Shown one piece after another: positions 9,090 through 19,072 of a stretch of 62,470 nt of DNA. The stretch lies in contig CBDUKN010000018.1 in NCBI GenBank assembly GCA_965367815.1, positions 1-62,470 of the forward strand, written 5' to 3'. The stretch comes from an uncultured Thermoprotei archaeon. GTDB lineage: Archaea; Thermoproteota; Thermoprotei; Thermofilales; B15-G2. Numbering within the stretch: position 1 is the first letter of the stretch; every line of letters begins with the position of its first letter. Both the position numbers and the translations under genes were made by a program. The notes beneath the pieces were generated by a model. It did no database searches, was not told the DNA's origin, and saw only the letters and a program-made list of their open reading frames with translations.

Positions 9090-9668
9090 GTGGTAAAGAG
9101 TAACAAGAGTGTATTTATAGCACTAACATCAGTACTTGGGTCTATGGCATTTATATTATCTTTGGCAAAGCCTACTCACATGCCTTTTCCAATATTGCCT
9201 TTCTTAAAGTTCGATCCATCTGAAATCCCATCTATTTTAGCCTTCTATATACTAGGATTCTCGGCAGCAATAGCTGTAGCAACAATACATTTCTTGGGTC
9301 TCGCAATTACGGGAGCTGTCATAGGAGGAAGCATGAAGTATTTAGCTGTGGTCTCGACAATAGTGGGGCTGCTAATAGCAAGCAAGATTTCTAAAAAGGC
9401 AATAAAGTTGCACTTAACTCTAGCGGCGTTAGTAAGAGTTGTCGTCATGTCCATAGCTAACTATATACTTGTTGCACTACTATTTCCACAGTATCTTTCC
9501 TTCTCTGAAAAATATTTAAAAAATGTAAGTATATCAGGCAATGTTCTGTTAGATATGCTTATATATGTAGCTATTTTTAATATAATTCATGTATTCTATA
9601 GTATAATACCAGCTATAATTATAATAAAATATATTACAAAGCATGTAAAAGAGAAAATTGAAAGCTAG
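9090..9668 (+). CDS. ECF transporter S component
   Basis: FLKFDPSEIP motif, several TM helices, NY..., FNIIH. Confidence 0.82.
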   Translation: MVKSNKSVFIALTSVLGSMAFILSLAKPTHMPFPILPFLKFDPSEIPSILAFYILGFSAAIAVATIHFLGLAITGAVIGGSMKYLAVVSTIVGLLIASKISKKAIKLHLTLAALVRVVVMSIANYILVALLFPQYLSFSEKYLKNVSISGNVLLDMLIYVAIFNIIHVFYSIIPAIIIIKYITKHVKEKIES

Positions 9669-9721
9669 ATTTCATCCTAATGCGCAGTAAAACTAATCTA
9701 AGAATCATTTATCTGCAAACA

Positions 9722-9768
9722 CAGATGATGAATTTAGGCGGGCTTAGGGGAACTCGTGCCCGAGTCTG
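9722..9768 (+). ncRNA. Candidate C/D-box sRNA
   Basis: C box ATGATGA 9725-9731; D box CCGA 9760-9763 (or CTGA 9775-9778); CAGA/TCTG terminal stem; intergenic. Confidence 0.5.
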
Positions 9769-9770
9769 CA

Positions 9771-10580
9771 TCAGCTGATTGTATCTAACAATATTAGCAC
9801 ATCGCTTATTGTTAATTCTCTAACTCTTTTCGATAGAAGGTTTCGCGGAATATTTTTTTCAAACAAAAAATAGTCCCTGTTACCGTAAGCTATCTTTAAA
9901 GCCTTACTTACCAATTTATTTCTGTAAGGAAAGATTTTTCTTATAAGATTCAAGAAGTCTTCAGACTTATTTTCCGGTATTTTTCGTGAAGGAACTAGCT
10001 TTACGGCCATTGAATCTACTTCGGGCACTGGATAGAAGCAGTACTTAGGTATTAATTTAAGAAGCTCTATATCAAAAAACGCCTGTGTAGCAATACTTAA
10101 ACGTCCATAACTTTTCGAACCAGGATTGGCAATCAACCTGTATGCAAATTCTTTTTGAAAAACTAAAATAGCGAACTCGAATTTTGCGTCTTGCGCGAGC
10201 TTAAATAAAAGTGGAGAGGATATGTGATACGGGACATTTGAAAATACTTTATTTACTTTAGGTATTCTTATTTCAAGAATATCTCCTTCAATTATTTCTA
10301 TATTATCGTACTTAGATAAAGTTTCTTTTTTCATGATATCTACTAGCAAACTATCTATTTCTACTGCAATAACTTTCGCGCATTTTTCGGCAATCATGCC
10401 AGTAAGCAGGCCGAGTCCTGCTCCAATCTCTAAGACAGTATCTGTTTCCTTTAAGTTAAGAAAATTTACTAGGTCTCGTGCCACGGTGTCGCATATGAGA
10501 AAGCTTTGACTGTATTTCTTTTTAGGCCTAATGCCGTATTTTTTAATCAGTCTCATTGTTTCTTCTCTTAAATATCCCAT
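9771..10580 (-). CDS. rsmA: 16S rRNA adenine dimethyltransferase KsgA/Dim1
   Basis: QSFL, LEIGAGLG, SNVPYHIS, QKEFA, YGRLS. Confidence 0.95.
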   Translation of the reverse strand: MGYLREETMRLIKKYGIRPKKKYSQSFLICDTVARDLVNFLNLKETDTVLEIGAGLGLLTGMIAEKCAKVIAVEIDSLLVDIMKKETLSKYDNIEIIEGDILEIRIPKVNKVFSNVPYHISSPLLFKLAQDAKFEFAILVFQKEFAYRLIANPGSKSYGRLSIATQAFFDIELLKLIPKYCFYPVPEVDSMAVKLVPSRKIPENKSEDFLNLIRKIFPYRNKLVSKALKIAYGNRDYFLFEKNIPRNLLSKRVRELTISDVLILLDTIS

Positions 10581-10725
10581 AATTGTTGCTGTTGCTTTAT
10601 TTATACAGGTTTTATAAATAGATTATTCCTGCTGTATGATTTAAAAAGTATTTTGCTTTAAGTTAAAAGGTGCAGGCAAATATAGCCAGAAAGAGTTAAG
10701 TTAAGGAGTAAAAATATTATAAGCT

Positions 10726-11013
10726 GTGGAAAGCCAGGATTCAAGTAAGATAGCAATTAGAAAAGTTATTCTAGACGCCCTTAAGCCCAGAGATTTAGAC
10801 TTAAGAGAACTCTCTTCAAGAATATGTTCTCTAGACGGTGTTAATGAAGTAGAAATAGAGGTAAGAGAAGTGGATGCTAAAACAGAAACCATAAAGATAA
10901 TTGTGAAAGGAGAGGATATATGCTATGACGAAGTTCAAGAAGAATTAAGTGAACTAGGAGTAGCAGTTCGCAGTCTAGATGGCATAGTAGTTTTCAAGAG
11001 ATCGGAAAGTTAA
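10726..11013 (+). CDS. DUF211-family protein
   Basis: IRKVILDALKP...EVDAKTE...AVRSLD pattern. Confidence 0.75.
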   Translation: MESQDSSKIAIRKVILDALKPRDLDLRELSSRICSLDGVNEVEIEVREVDAKTETIKIIVKGEDICYDEVQEELSELGVAVRSLDGIVVFKRSES

Positions 11014-11018
11014 TAGCT

Positions 11019-12056
11019 ATGAAGATTTTAATAATATCACCTAAGTCTAAAGGAATTGGCGGCATAGCATCACATGTCTCAGAGCTAGCTACACTTCTTA
11101 AAGAAAGGGGCTTTTACGTGAAAATAGTGTCTGCAGAAAACACTCCTATAGTAAATATCAAAGGACTCAAAAACTCGAGTTTCGCTTTTTTCTCAGTATT
11201 TCATCCATATTTAATGAAAGAATATGATATAGCGCATGCGCATAACTTGCCTTCAATTATTCCTTTAAGGTTTGCTAGAGCACAAGCAAAAATATTAACA
11301 CTTCATGGTATCTACTCAAAACAGATATCTTTTCTGTATGGAAGAATATTCGGAAGAATTGCTGAAATAGTCGAGAAGAAAATGCTGACTTGGATTGATG
11401 GCATTACAGCTATTTCTAAATCTGTTAAAAAATACTATGAGGCACTAGGATTAAAGGTAGAGTATATACCTAATGCCGTTAATATACATAAACTCCCTAA
11501 GGAGGTTACCAAGCTATACGACAATCAAATAGTATATGTCGGGAGATTATCTAAGGAGAAAGGAGTAGATATACTGGTTAAGGCATTTATCAAGACCAAG
11601 CTTGATGCTCATTTACTAATTGTAGGCAAAGGCCCGTTAGAAGGTTTTCTAAGAAAATATGCTCAAAAAGACAAACGAATACATTATACAGGTTACCTAG
11701 AGCACAGTAAAGCCCTAAGTATAATAGCTGGTAGTGACTTGCTTATTTTACCGTCGCTTTACGAAGGCTTAAGTACTGTAATACTGGAAGCTATGGCGCT
11801 AAAGACTCCAGTGCTTGCAAGCGACATAAGCGAAAATAAAGAGCTCATTCAGCATGGAGAGACAGGTTTTCTTTTTCCTAAAGGAAGCGTGGAAAAATTA
11901 GCTTTTATGATAGAATATCTCTTGTCAAAAAAAGATCTTTTAAGAAAAGTTTCGGAGAAAGCCTATCAGCTAGTACTAGCAGAATATACGTGGGATGTAG
12001 TTATTGAAAAATATGTAGATTTTTATGAGAAAATAATTGAAGCGGAAAACTTATAA
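11019..12056 (+). CDS. Glycosyltransferase family 4
   Basis: GG near N-terminus, VGRLSKEKG, EGLSTVILEA (EX7E). Confidence 0.92.
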   Translation: MKILIISPKSKGIGGIASHVSELATLLKERGFYVKIVSAENTPIVNIKGLKNSSFAFFSVFHPYLMKEYDIAHAHNLPSIIPLRFARAQAKILTLHGIYSKQISFLYGRIFGRIAEIVEKKMLTWIDGITAISKSVKKYYEALGLKVEYIPNAVNIHKLPKEVTKLYDNQIVYVGRLSKEKGVDILVKAFIKTKLDAHLLIVGKGPLEGFLRKYAQKDKRIHYTGYLEHSKALSIIAGSDLLILPSLYEGLSTVILEAMALKTPVLASDISENKELIQHGETGFLFPKGSVEKLAFMIEYLLSKKDLLRKVSEKAYQLVLAEYTWDVVIEKYVDFYEKIIEAENL

Positions 12057-12081
12057 TATTTGAGTACTATATAAAGACTCG

Positions 12082-12594
12082 ATGTCAGAAGAATTTGATT
12101 TATGGTTCAGAAGAATGAGAAAATTCTTCGAAGAATTCGACAGAATGATAGAAGATATGTTACGTGAAGCATGGGAAGCTGAACGAAGACCGCTTTCGCG
12201 CAGAGGATACTATTATGGTTTTTCTATAACTATAGGTCCTGACGGTATACCGAGAGTTAAAGAATGGGGCAATATAAGACCTGGCGTAATTCGACCTAAA
12301 GTAATGGAGGCAGTTGAGCCGTTCACCGATGTTATAGAGGAACCAGACAAAATTAAGATAATAGTTGATATGCCTGGTGTAGAAAAAGAGGACATTAAAG
12401 TCCGCGCAACCGAGGATAAGGTAGTAATATCTGCGGAACACGGCGACAGAAAATACTACAAGGAAGTTATTTTACCTAATAAAGTCAAGCCAGAAACAGC
12501 TAAGGCTCAGTATAAAAACGGAGTTCTAACAATTACCCTAGAAAGACTAGAAAAGAAGCCTAAAGAAGAAGGGTTTGAAGTTAAAATAGAGTAA
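12082..12594 (+). CDS. hsp20: Small heat-shock protein Hsp20
   Basis: YYGFSITIGPDG, DMPGVEKEDI, AQYKNGVL. Confidence 0.95.
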   Translation: MSEEFDLWFRRMRKFFEEFDRMIEDMLREAWEAERRPLSRRGYYYGFSITIGPDGIPRVKEWGNIRPGVIRPKVMEAVEPFTDVIEEPDKIKIIVDMPGVEKEDIKVRATEDKVVISAEHGDRKYYKEVILPNKVKPETAKAQYKNGVLTITLERLEKKPKEEGFEVKIE

Positions 12595-12596
12595 AG

Positions 12597-13577
12597 TTAA
12601 CTAAAATACTCCCATCCCTTTCTTTCTATATGTATTCTTTTTTGATCTTTCATAAAATACACTCCATCTAATTTATGCCTATAATTTCCTATAAAAATTA
12701 GGTCTTTATTATATTTTTCAAATATTTTCTTTACTTTATTTTCAAAACCTCTTTTCACAGCAATAATTATCTCGAATTCTTCTCCACCATAAAAAACAGC
12801 TCTCAGCAATCTATCAAAGTCTTGTATAGCATTCAGAATAGTAGTATGAACAGGAAGATTATCCACAATAATTCCGCCTTCTCCCGTACACTTTATTAAC
12901 TGATATAAACTTTCAGCAAGACCATCACTTGAATCAATAGACGAGCGAATATATTCACTTGACTCTTCCAATACATTAACTAAATCTAATCTAGCTATAG
13001 GTCTATAGGTTTTAGAGAGAACAACATTTTTTATACTAGGCGGTAGCTCCTTTTTCTCTAAAAGGTATTGAAAGCCGAGACCTGTATAACCGAAAAAACC
13101 TGATACGGCTATTACGTCTCCTTCTCTCAAAGGATTTCTCTTAATTACTTTATTTGCTGACCCTATACAGGCACATGATAAAACAAGCTCAGAACCTTCG
13201 TTAGTGTCACCGCCATCAATATATGTTCCATAAAATTCTGCTGCTTCATCAGCCCCTTTCATTATATCGATTAATTTTTCTAGTTCTAAGTCTGAGGGTG
13301 CCGTTATAGACATGAGAAGACTCAGTGGGCGGCCTCCTTTAACGACAATATCGCTTACTGCTGCAGTAACTATTCTCCATCCTAAATCTCTGTAATTCAT
13401 TCCTGGAAGAAGTGAGTACTTTCCCACGATAGTGTCTATTTTAAATAGTATGTACTTGGAAGCTACTGTAATAGCTGTAGCATCGTCGCCTATTTCTAAT
13501 GGAAGTTTTCTTTTCCTAATGGCCTTAATTATAGTTTCTATGACTTTCTTTTCTCCAAAAGAACCTAATGTCGACAC
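12597..13577 (-). CDS. thiL: Thiamine-monophosphate kinase
   Basis: IGDDA, SDIVVKGG, GGDT, DSSDGL, GGEEFE. Confidence 0.9.
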   Translation of the reverse strand: MSTLGSFGEKKVIETIIKAIRKRKLPLEIGDDATAITVASKYILFKIDTIVGKYSLLPGMNYRDLGWRIVTAAVSDIVVKGGRPLSLLMSITAPSDLELEKLIDIMKGADEAAEFYGTYIDGGDTNEGSELVLSCACIGSANKVIKRNPLREGDVIAVSGFFGYTGLGFQYLLEKKELPPSIKNVVLSKTYRPIARLDLVNVLEESSEYIRSSIDSSDGLAESLYQLIKCTGEGGIIVDNLPVHTTILNAIQDFDRLLRAVFYGGEEFEIIIAVKRGFENKVKKIFEKYNKDLIFIGNYRHKLDGVYFMKDQKRIHIERKGWEYFS

Positions 13578-13685
13578 TATGAAGAGTTATTCTTAGCCTT
13601 ATATCTTCTATGTCCTGAGAAGCTGGCTTAGTGAAAGAAACTTTATTTATCTTTCTTAAAGAATTATATGTTTTAGGGAAATAAA

Positions 13686-13952
13686 ATGGGCACAGAGAAT
13701 AAGTGCGATGAAGGCAGCGACTTAGCTAAGCTATACGAGCTAATGGAAGAAATATCTATCCTATTGAAACAGAACAATATTGTACACGAAGTATTTTTAA
13801 GTATAATGCCTGAGTCAGAATCACCTCTTTTCATAGTCCTAAGAGTCAACAGGCATGATCGAGAGAAGATAAGGCTTATTAGCGATAAGCTACGTACAGT
13901 TTTTTACAACTCAATTGATAGCGGGGTGTCACTTCTAATAGAGTACGGGTGA
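13686..13952 (+). CDS. Hypothetical protein
   Basis: 88-aa ORF heading a same-strand run; its stop lies inside the SD (GGTGA) of the next gene. Confidence 0.65.
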   Translation: MGTENKCDEGSDLAKLYELMEEISILLKQNNIVHEVFLSIMPESESPLFIVLRVNRHDREKIRLISDKLRTVFYNSIDSGVSLLIEYG

Positions 13953-13956
13953 AAAA

Positions 13957-15000
13957 ATGTTTAGTTATGAGTCACTAGGCTCAGAAAACTTAGCAAAAGA
14001 AGAATTAGTAAAGTATTTAGATAGAGTAAAGTATATTTTAAGACCTATTAAAGTAATTAAAGATGATAAAAATACATATAAAGTGTATCTAGATAATAGA
14101 GGAAATGTTGTGGTACTTAAAGATCTGAGAGTTGTTAAAGTTTCTAATATTTCTCGGGAAAATGGAGAATCTGTTAAAGTGGCTTTGCTGGCAGCACACG
14201 GTGATGCCCACGGACTTGTAGCTGCGGCAGGTAGCTTTTTTAGGCTTCGTGATGAGGGTTATGCAGTTAGATTACTTTTTGGTAAAGTAACGGGTGATGT
14301 TAAATTATTTTGGGAAAAAACATTTTATTCTATTCCTTTTGAATGTTATGATATTGTTGTAATACTAGATATTCCTGAGAAAATGGGGCGAATACTTCCA
14401 ACAAACACGGTTTATATAGATCATCACGGAACAGGACTTAAAGTAGATGAAGTTTTTTACGGAGAACCAGACTACATTTTCAAAAGACTAGCTTTACTTG
14501 CTGATCACGAGGACGATCCTAAATCTAGAGACGAAGAACTTCTGCAGCTAGGGTTGTCTATAGCTCCTTTTGAGCCTAAATGTCTTTCACCTGAACTAAG
14601 AGCGATAGAGGCTGTAGATAGACTGATTGACAAAGATTTCAAATACTTTATGGTTTTAGGTCAAATGTTTGAAAGTACCTGTATCGAAATTTCTAAGAAG
14701 GCTGAGATAATCGAATCTACAGCTTTAGTTGAATTTCCTCAAAATTTCGAATTTAAGCTTATATGGTCTGTGCTGCACTACATAAGGCTTAAAAATAATA
14801 TAAAAGCAGCCATAGGTTTCAAAAGAGTTAAAAATAATATATATCAAATAAATATAGTATCTAGTGAACCGCTAAATTACAAAATGATAGCTAAAGAACT
14901 TGAAGGCACCAATTTACTAGTTTTATCGAGCAAAGCTTTAAGCTTAAGAGTAAAAAAGAATGCATTAAATAAGTTATCGTTATTAGCTAAGTGTATTTAA
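13957..15000 (+). CDS. Divergent DHH-family phosphoesterase
   Basis: AHGDAHG (motif I variant), ILDIP, YIDHHG, later LADH. Confidence 0.65.
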   Translation: MFSYESLGSENLAKEELVKYLDRVKYILRPIKVIKDDKNTYKVYLDNRGNVVVLKDLRVVKVSNISRENGESVKVALLAAHGDAHGLVAAAGSFFRLRDEGYAVRLLFGKVTGDVKLFWEKTFYSIPFECYDIVVILDIPEKMGRILPTNTVYIDHHGTGLKVDEVFYGEPDYIFKRLALLADHEDDPKSRDEELLQLGLSIAPFEPKCLSPELRAIEAVDRLIDKDFKYFMVLGQMFESTCIEISKKAEIIESTALVEFPQNFEFKLIWSVLHYIRLKNNIKAAIGFKRVKNNIYQINIVSSEPLNYKMIAKELEGTNLLVLSSKALSLRVKKNALNKLSLLAKCI

Positions 15001-15008
15001 GCTGAGCT

Positions 15009-16097
15009 ATGAGGAGCTTTAAAGTATATTACTGTAGAGGGTTGAGAGTAAAAGTCGATGACATAACTATTCTACTCGATCCTTTAACATCTAGTGCTGT
15101 ACGGGCCGACTTAGTCTTAGTCACACACGCCCATAGCGATCACGCTAAGGGCTATCTCAGATCATCTTTAAGATCACTAGTAATCTCTTCGGAAATAACT
15201 AAAAGTATTGTAGAAAAAGTCAGTAGAAAAAGAGCCTTGAACGTTAAAATAATTAGCGAGGGACAGAGAATAAGTTTAGGTAAATTTACCGTCCAAGCTC
15301 TTAACGCGGGACACATTATGGGGTCTCTTCAGTATCTAATAGAGTTTCCCGACTTAACTATATGTTATACTGGCGACATCAATCTCGTGGATTCGTTAAC
15401 TGAGCGAAGAGGCGATATTCCGAGTGGAGTAGATGTATTGATACTTGAGAGCACATATGGACATGAGGATTTTGTTTTTCCACCTCGAAGCGAAATATAC
15501 TCGAGCATTTTGAGCTGGATAGAGAAGCATACAGGAAAAGGAGAAGTAGTTGTTTTGGGAGGATATGCTTTAGGGAAAGGGCAAGAATTGACTGCGTTGA
15601 TGAAAGAGATAAAGGATAAAATAATGGTTTCAAACAAAGTACTACTGTACAATAAGATATTCGAGGAAAAGAAGTTTTCACTAAATAACTACATACCGTT
15701 AAGTTCTCCTGAAGCAAAGGAGATATTGAAAGCAGGAGGCGTTATAATAGTCCCTCATATTGAGTTACGAAAAAAGACTCCATATGTTTTATCAAGAATT
15801 TTAGGTATAAACAAAGTGCCTAAAGTCGCAGTATGTACTGGGTGGGCTGCTTCATCAAGAATGTTTTTCGCTATAAAGAAAGCCTACAATGTAGATGCTC
15901 TATTTCCCTTAAGTTCTCATGCTGATGTAGAGCAACTACTTTTATATGTAGATGAAGTAAGGCCGAGAATTGTTTACACAGCTCACGGGTTTGCGAAAAA
16001 ACTAGCTAAATTAATTCGGTGGAAACTAGGAATTAAAGCGAGAAAAGTTCTAGATTCGAGACAGATGTCATTGTTCAAATATGTCAAACATATATAG
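15009..16097 (+). CDS. Metallo-beta-lactamase/beta-CASP nuclease
   Basis: THAHSDH, AGHIMGS, YTGD, ESTYG, GKGQE, SSHAD, HG. Confidence 0.9.
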   Translation: MRSFKVYYCRGLRVKVDDITILLDPLTSSAVRADLVLVTHAHSDHAKGYLRSSLRSLVISSEITKSIVEKVSRKRALNVKIISEGQRISLGKFTVQALNAGHIMGSLQYLIEFPDLTICYTGDINLVDSLTERRGDIPSGVDVLILESTYGHEDFVFPPRSEIYSSILSWIEKHTGKGEVVVLGGYALGKGQELTALMKEIKDKIMVSNKVLLYNKIFEEKKFSLNNYIPLSSPEAKEILKAGGVIIVPHIELRKKTPYVLSRILGINKVPKVAVCTGWAASSRMFFAIKKAYNVDALFPLSSHADVEQLLLYVDEVRPRIVYTAHGFAKKLAKLIRWKLGIKARKVLDSRQMSLFKYVKHI

Positions 16098-16125
16098 CTG
16101 TGTTTAAACTCATTATGAGAGGGAT

Positions 16126-17331
16126 ATGGTATCCCTAACCGAAGTGATTAAACTTTTCGAGGAAAATTTTGGCGAAAAACCATATCTAGTATCCTCTGCT
16201 CCTGGAAGGGCCGATTTCCTTAATACTCATCAGGATTATAAAGGACTGCCGGTTGTACCTGTAGCACTTAATTTAAGAGCATACATAGCCTTTAAACCAA
16301 GGCAAGACTCTAAGGCAGTACTAGTATCATGGAATCTCAAGGAAATGGGTGAAGAGTATCGAGATGAATTTGATTTAAAAGAAGAGATAAGTCTTGTTGG
16401 AGGAAAATGGTTTGGAGACTATTTTAGAGCTGTTGCAAAAGTTTTAATACCATGTGTTAAAAAGACTAGAGGATTTAATGCGTTGATTGTAAGTGAAGTT
16501 CCCGTAGCTTCGGGACTTGCAAGCAGTGCGGCAATAGAAGTGGCTTTTGGTAAAGGACTTGCTACACTTTGGAATATATCTCTTAGCGTAAGCGAGCTAG
16601 CCGAACTATGCTATATAGCCGAACACGATGTTCTAAAAATACCCTGTGGGCGTCTAGATCAGTATGGTTCTGCTTATGGAGGAATAATAGTTCTTTACCC
16701 TAGACCTCCAGTCAAAGTAGAAAAAGTGAGGGCAGAGGGACTTGTCTTCACTATAGTGGATTCTGGAATTAGACACTCTACTGCAGAAATTCATCCAAAA
16801 AGGCAAAGTGAATTAAATAAAGGTCTACAAGAACTCTTAGCGCTAAATCTGCCTGATTCGCTGAAAAATAAGTTAAAGAACAATTATTGGGAAACATTAT
16901 GGGATAAAATAGACTTAAGTGAAATAGAACCTTACTTAAGTAAAATAAACTCTATTTCAGCAAAAAGAATATTATTCACTATAAAAATGAACAACACTAC
17001 GTTAACTGCGCTAAACGTACTTAAAAGCAGAGACATCGGTTTGCATACTAAACTAGTAAAATTAGGAGAAATAATGAATACTCAGCATGAGTTACTGAGA
17101 GATCTCTATGATGTAAGCTTACCGGAGCTCGAAAAAATTAGAGAAAGTATGCTTAAAGCAGGAGCTTATGGAGTGAAAATTTCTGGTGCAGGTCTTGGAG
17201 GAGCTTTAATAGCTTTAGTTGACAGCGAAGAAAGTGGCAGAAAAGTACTAGAAGCAGGACTTAAAGCGGGAGCGAAAAAAGGATGGGTTGCTAAGGTAGA
17301 TGAAGGAGTTAAAATAGAATATAGATGTTAA
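16126..17331 (+). CDS. GHMP kinase, galactokinase-like
   Basis: APGRADFLNTHQDY, PVASGLASSAA, CGRLDQ, KISGAGLGG. Confidence 0.85.
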   Translation: MVSLTEVIKLFEENFGEKPYLVSSAPGRADFLNTHQDYKGLPVVPVALNLRAYIAFKPRQDSKAVLVSWNLKEMGEEYRDEFDLKEEISLVGGKWFGDYFRAVAKVLIPCVKKTRGFNALIVSEVPVASGLASSAAIEVAFGKGLATLWNISLSVSELAELCYIAEHDVLKIPCGRLDQYGSAYGGIIVLYPRPPVKVEKVRAEGLVFTIVDSGIRHSTAEIHPKRQSELNKGLQELLALNLPDSLKNKLKNNYWETLWDKIDLSEIEPYLSKINSISAKRILFTIKMNNTTLTALNVLKSRDIGLHTKLVKLGEIMNTQHELLRDLYDVSLPELEKIRESMLKAGAYGVKISGAGLGGALIALVDSEESGRKVLEAGLKAGAKKGWVAKVDEGVKIEYRC

Positions 17332-18665
17332 GCTAAGTTAAGAATACTTTGAGAAAGTTTTCGCGCCCTCAGCATTCTTTCTCTACATCTTTCTTCAAGT
17401 TCGCTTCTACTAAGCTTCACTCTGGCTACTCCTTCTTCAATAGCTTTTTGTCCAACAGCAACTGCCTCGTAGACGTATGCTTCGAGCTCCTCCATAGATG
17501 GTATTATTCGTTCTTCGCTAAGACCGGTTTTCTCGGCGTACTCTGCTAGAGCATCAGCTGCAGCAATACACATCGCGTCTGTTATTTTCTTGGCTTGTAC
17601 TTCGAATACTCCTCTGAAAACTGCTGGGAAGCCTAGAGAGTTGTTAACTTGGTTAGGGAAGTCGCTTCTACCAGTTGCGACTATTTTAGCTCCAGCTTCT
17701 TTGGCTTCCCAAGGCCATATTTCTGGTACTGGGTTTGCGCAAGCAAAAACTATGGCATCATCAGCCATCTCTTTTATCCATTCTTTTTTGATAACACCTG
17801 GTCCAGGTCTAGATACTGCAATACATACGTCAGCTCCCTTTAAGGCTTCTTTAATGCCGCCTGTAATTCCTTCGGGATTAGTTATTTCGGCGAGCTTTTT
17901 CTTCCAGTAATCTTCCTCAGGTATATCTGTTCGATTAGCGTGAAGAATACCTTTGCTGTCAACAACTAGCATTTTCTTAGGATCAGCACCTGCCACAATT
18001 AGATATCTTGCTATAGCTACACCTGCAGCACCAGCGCCAATAAGAGCAATTTTCACTTGATTGAGCTTTTTGCCTACCACTTTGAGAGCTCCCTTTAGTG
18101 CAGCTAAAGTTACTAGAGCTGTACCTTGCTGATCATCATGCCACACAGGTATATCTAATTCCTCTCTAAGTCTGTCTAGTATGTAGAAGCACTTCGGTTT
18201 AGCTATATCTTCCAAATTTATCCCACCGAAGGAAGGAGCTATTAGCTTTACTACTCTTATTATCTCGTCGGGATCTTGAGTATTTAAAAGAATAGGTACT
18301 GCGTCTACTCCTCCAAGATACCTAAATAGCAGACACTTTCCTTCCATTACAGGATATCCTGCATCGGGGCCTATGTTACCTAGACCTAAAACTCTACTTC
18401 CATCAGAGACTACTGCTACAAGATTCCATTTCCAAGTATAATCGTAGACTTTCTCTCTATTAGCTGAAATATCTCTACAAGGAGCAGCGACACCCGGGGT
18501 ATACCATATGGCGAAATCCTGTAGCGACTTAATAGGGACTTTAGGTACTACTTCTATTTTTCCTCGATACTTCTCATGAAGATCAAGCGCCAATTTTCCA
18601 TAATCAACTTGTTTTTTCACGAATAAAAAGCATAAATCTCGTATATATTGATTTAGCTTAGTCAA
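17328..18665 (-). CDS. NAD(P)-dependent malic enzyme (true start probably ~15 codons downstream)
   Basis: [37 protein letters not shown]. Confidence 0.95.
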   Translation of the reverse strand: MTKLNQYIRDLCFLFVKKQVDYGKLALDLHEKYRGKIEVVPKVPIKSLQDFAIWYTPGVAAPCRDISANREKVYDYTWKWNLVAVVSDGSRVLGLGNIGPDAGYPVMEGKCLLFRYLGGVDAVPILLNTQDPDEIIRVVKLIAPSFGGINLEDIAKPKCFYILDRLREELDIPVWHDDQQGTALVTLAALKGALKVVGKKLNQVKIALIGAGAAGVAIARYLIVAGADPKKMLVVDSKGILHANRTDIPEEDYWKKKLAEITNPEGITGGIKEALKGADVCIAVSRPGPGVIKKEWIKEMADDAIVFACANPVPEIWPWEAKEAGAKIVATGRSDFPNQVNNSLGFPAVFRGVFEVQAKKITDAMCIAAADALAEYAEKTGLSEERIIPSMEELEAYVYEAVAVGQKAIEEGVARVKLSRSELEERCRERMLRARKLSQSILNLA

Positions 18666-19068
18666 GTATCTCTATGTAAGCTTTTCTTTTAATGAAAGTA
18701 ACTCTGGCTTTTTTCTTATTGTAAGAAGAGTTAAGTAGTTCTCTTGAAACATTGTAGGCGTAAGGAATATTTGATATTATGCATCCAACAAGTACTACGG
18801 TATCTGGATGAAGCGAAAGTACTGCTTTTGGCCCGATTTTTCTTTCGGCAAGAGAATATAATATGTAGGATCCGACAGTAGAGCCCCTGCCGTGAGGAAT
18901 TACAAGAATTTTATTTGCTATTTTTTCTCCGTAGCAGCTGAGCTCACTGTTAATTATTTTTCCTTCATAGCTTACATCGCCGAAAAACGATAAAGGCTTG
19001 TTCACTATTAGCAGCTCTCCTTCTACAGATACACCATCGAATAAAGATAGAGTCTTCGCCGTAAACAT
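18658..19068 (-). CDS. Aconitase X swiveling subunit (DUF126); phosphomevalonate dehydratase small subunit
   Basis: PLSFFG, GRGSTVGSY; adjacent to the AcnX large subunit. Confidence 0.88.
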   Translation of the reverse strand: MFTAKTLSLFDGVSVEGELLIVNKPLSFFGDVSYEGKIINSELSCYGEKIANKILVIPHGRGSTVGSYILYSLAERKIGPKAVLSLHPDTVVLVGCIISNIPYAYNVSRELLNSSYNKKKARVTFIKRKAYIEILD

Positions 19069-19072
19069 TTTT

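Noticed and set aside
13579-13618. ATGAAGA...CTGA possible sRNA upstream of thiL
   Set aside because: Too short, AT-rich guides, no convincing internal boxes
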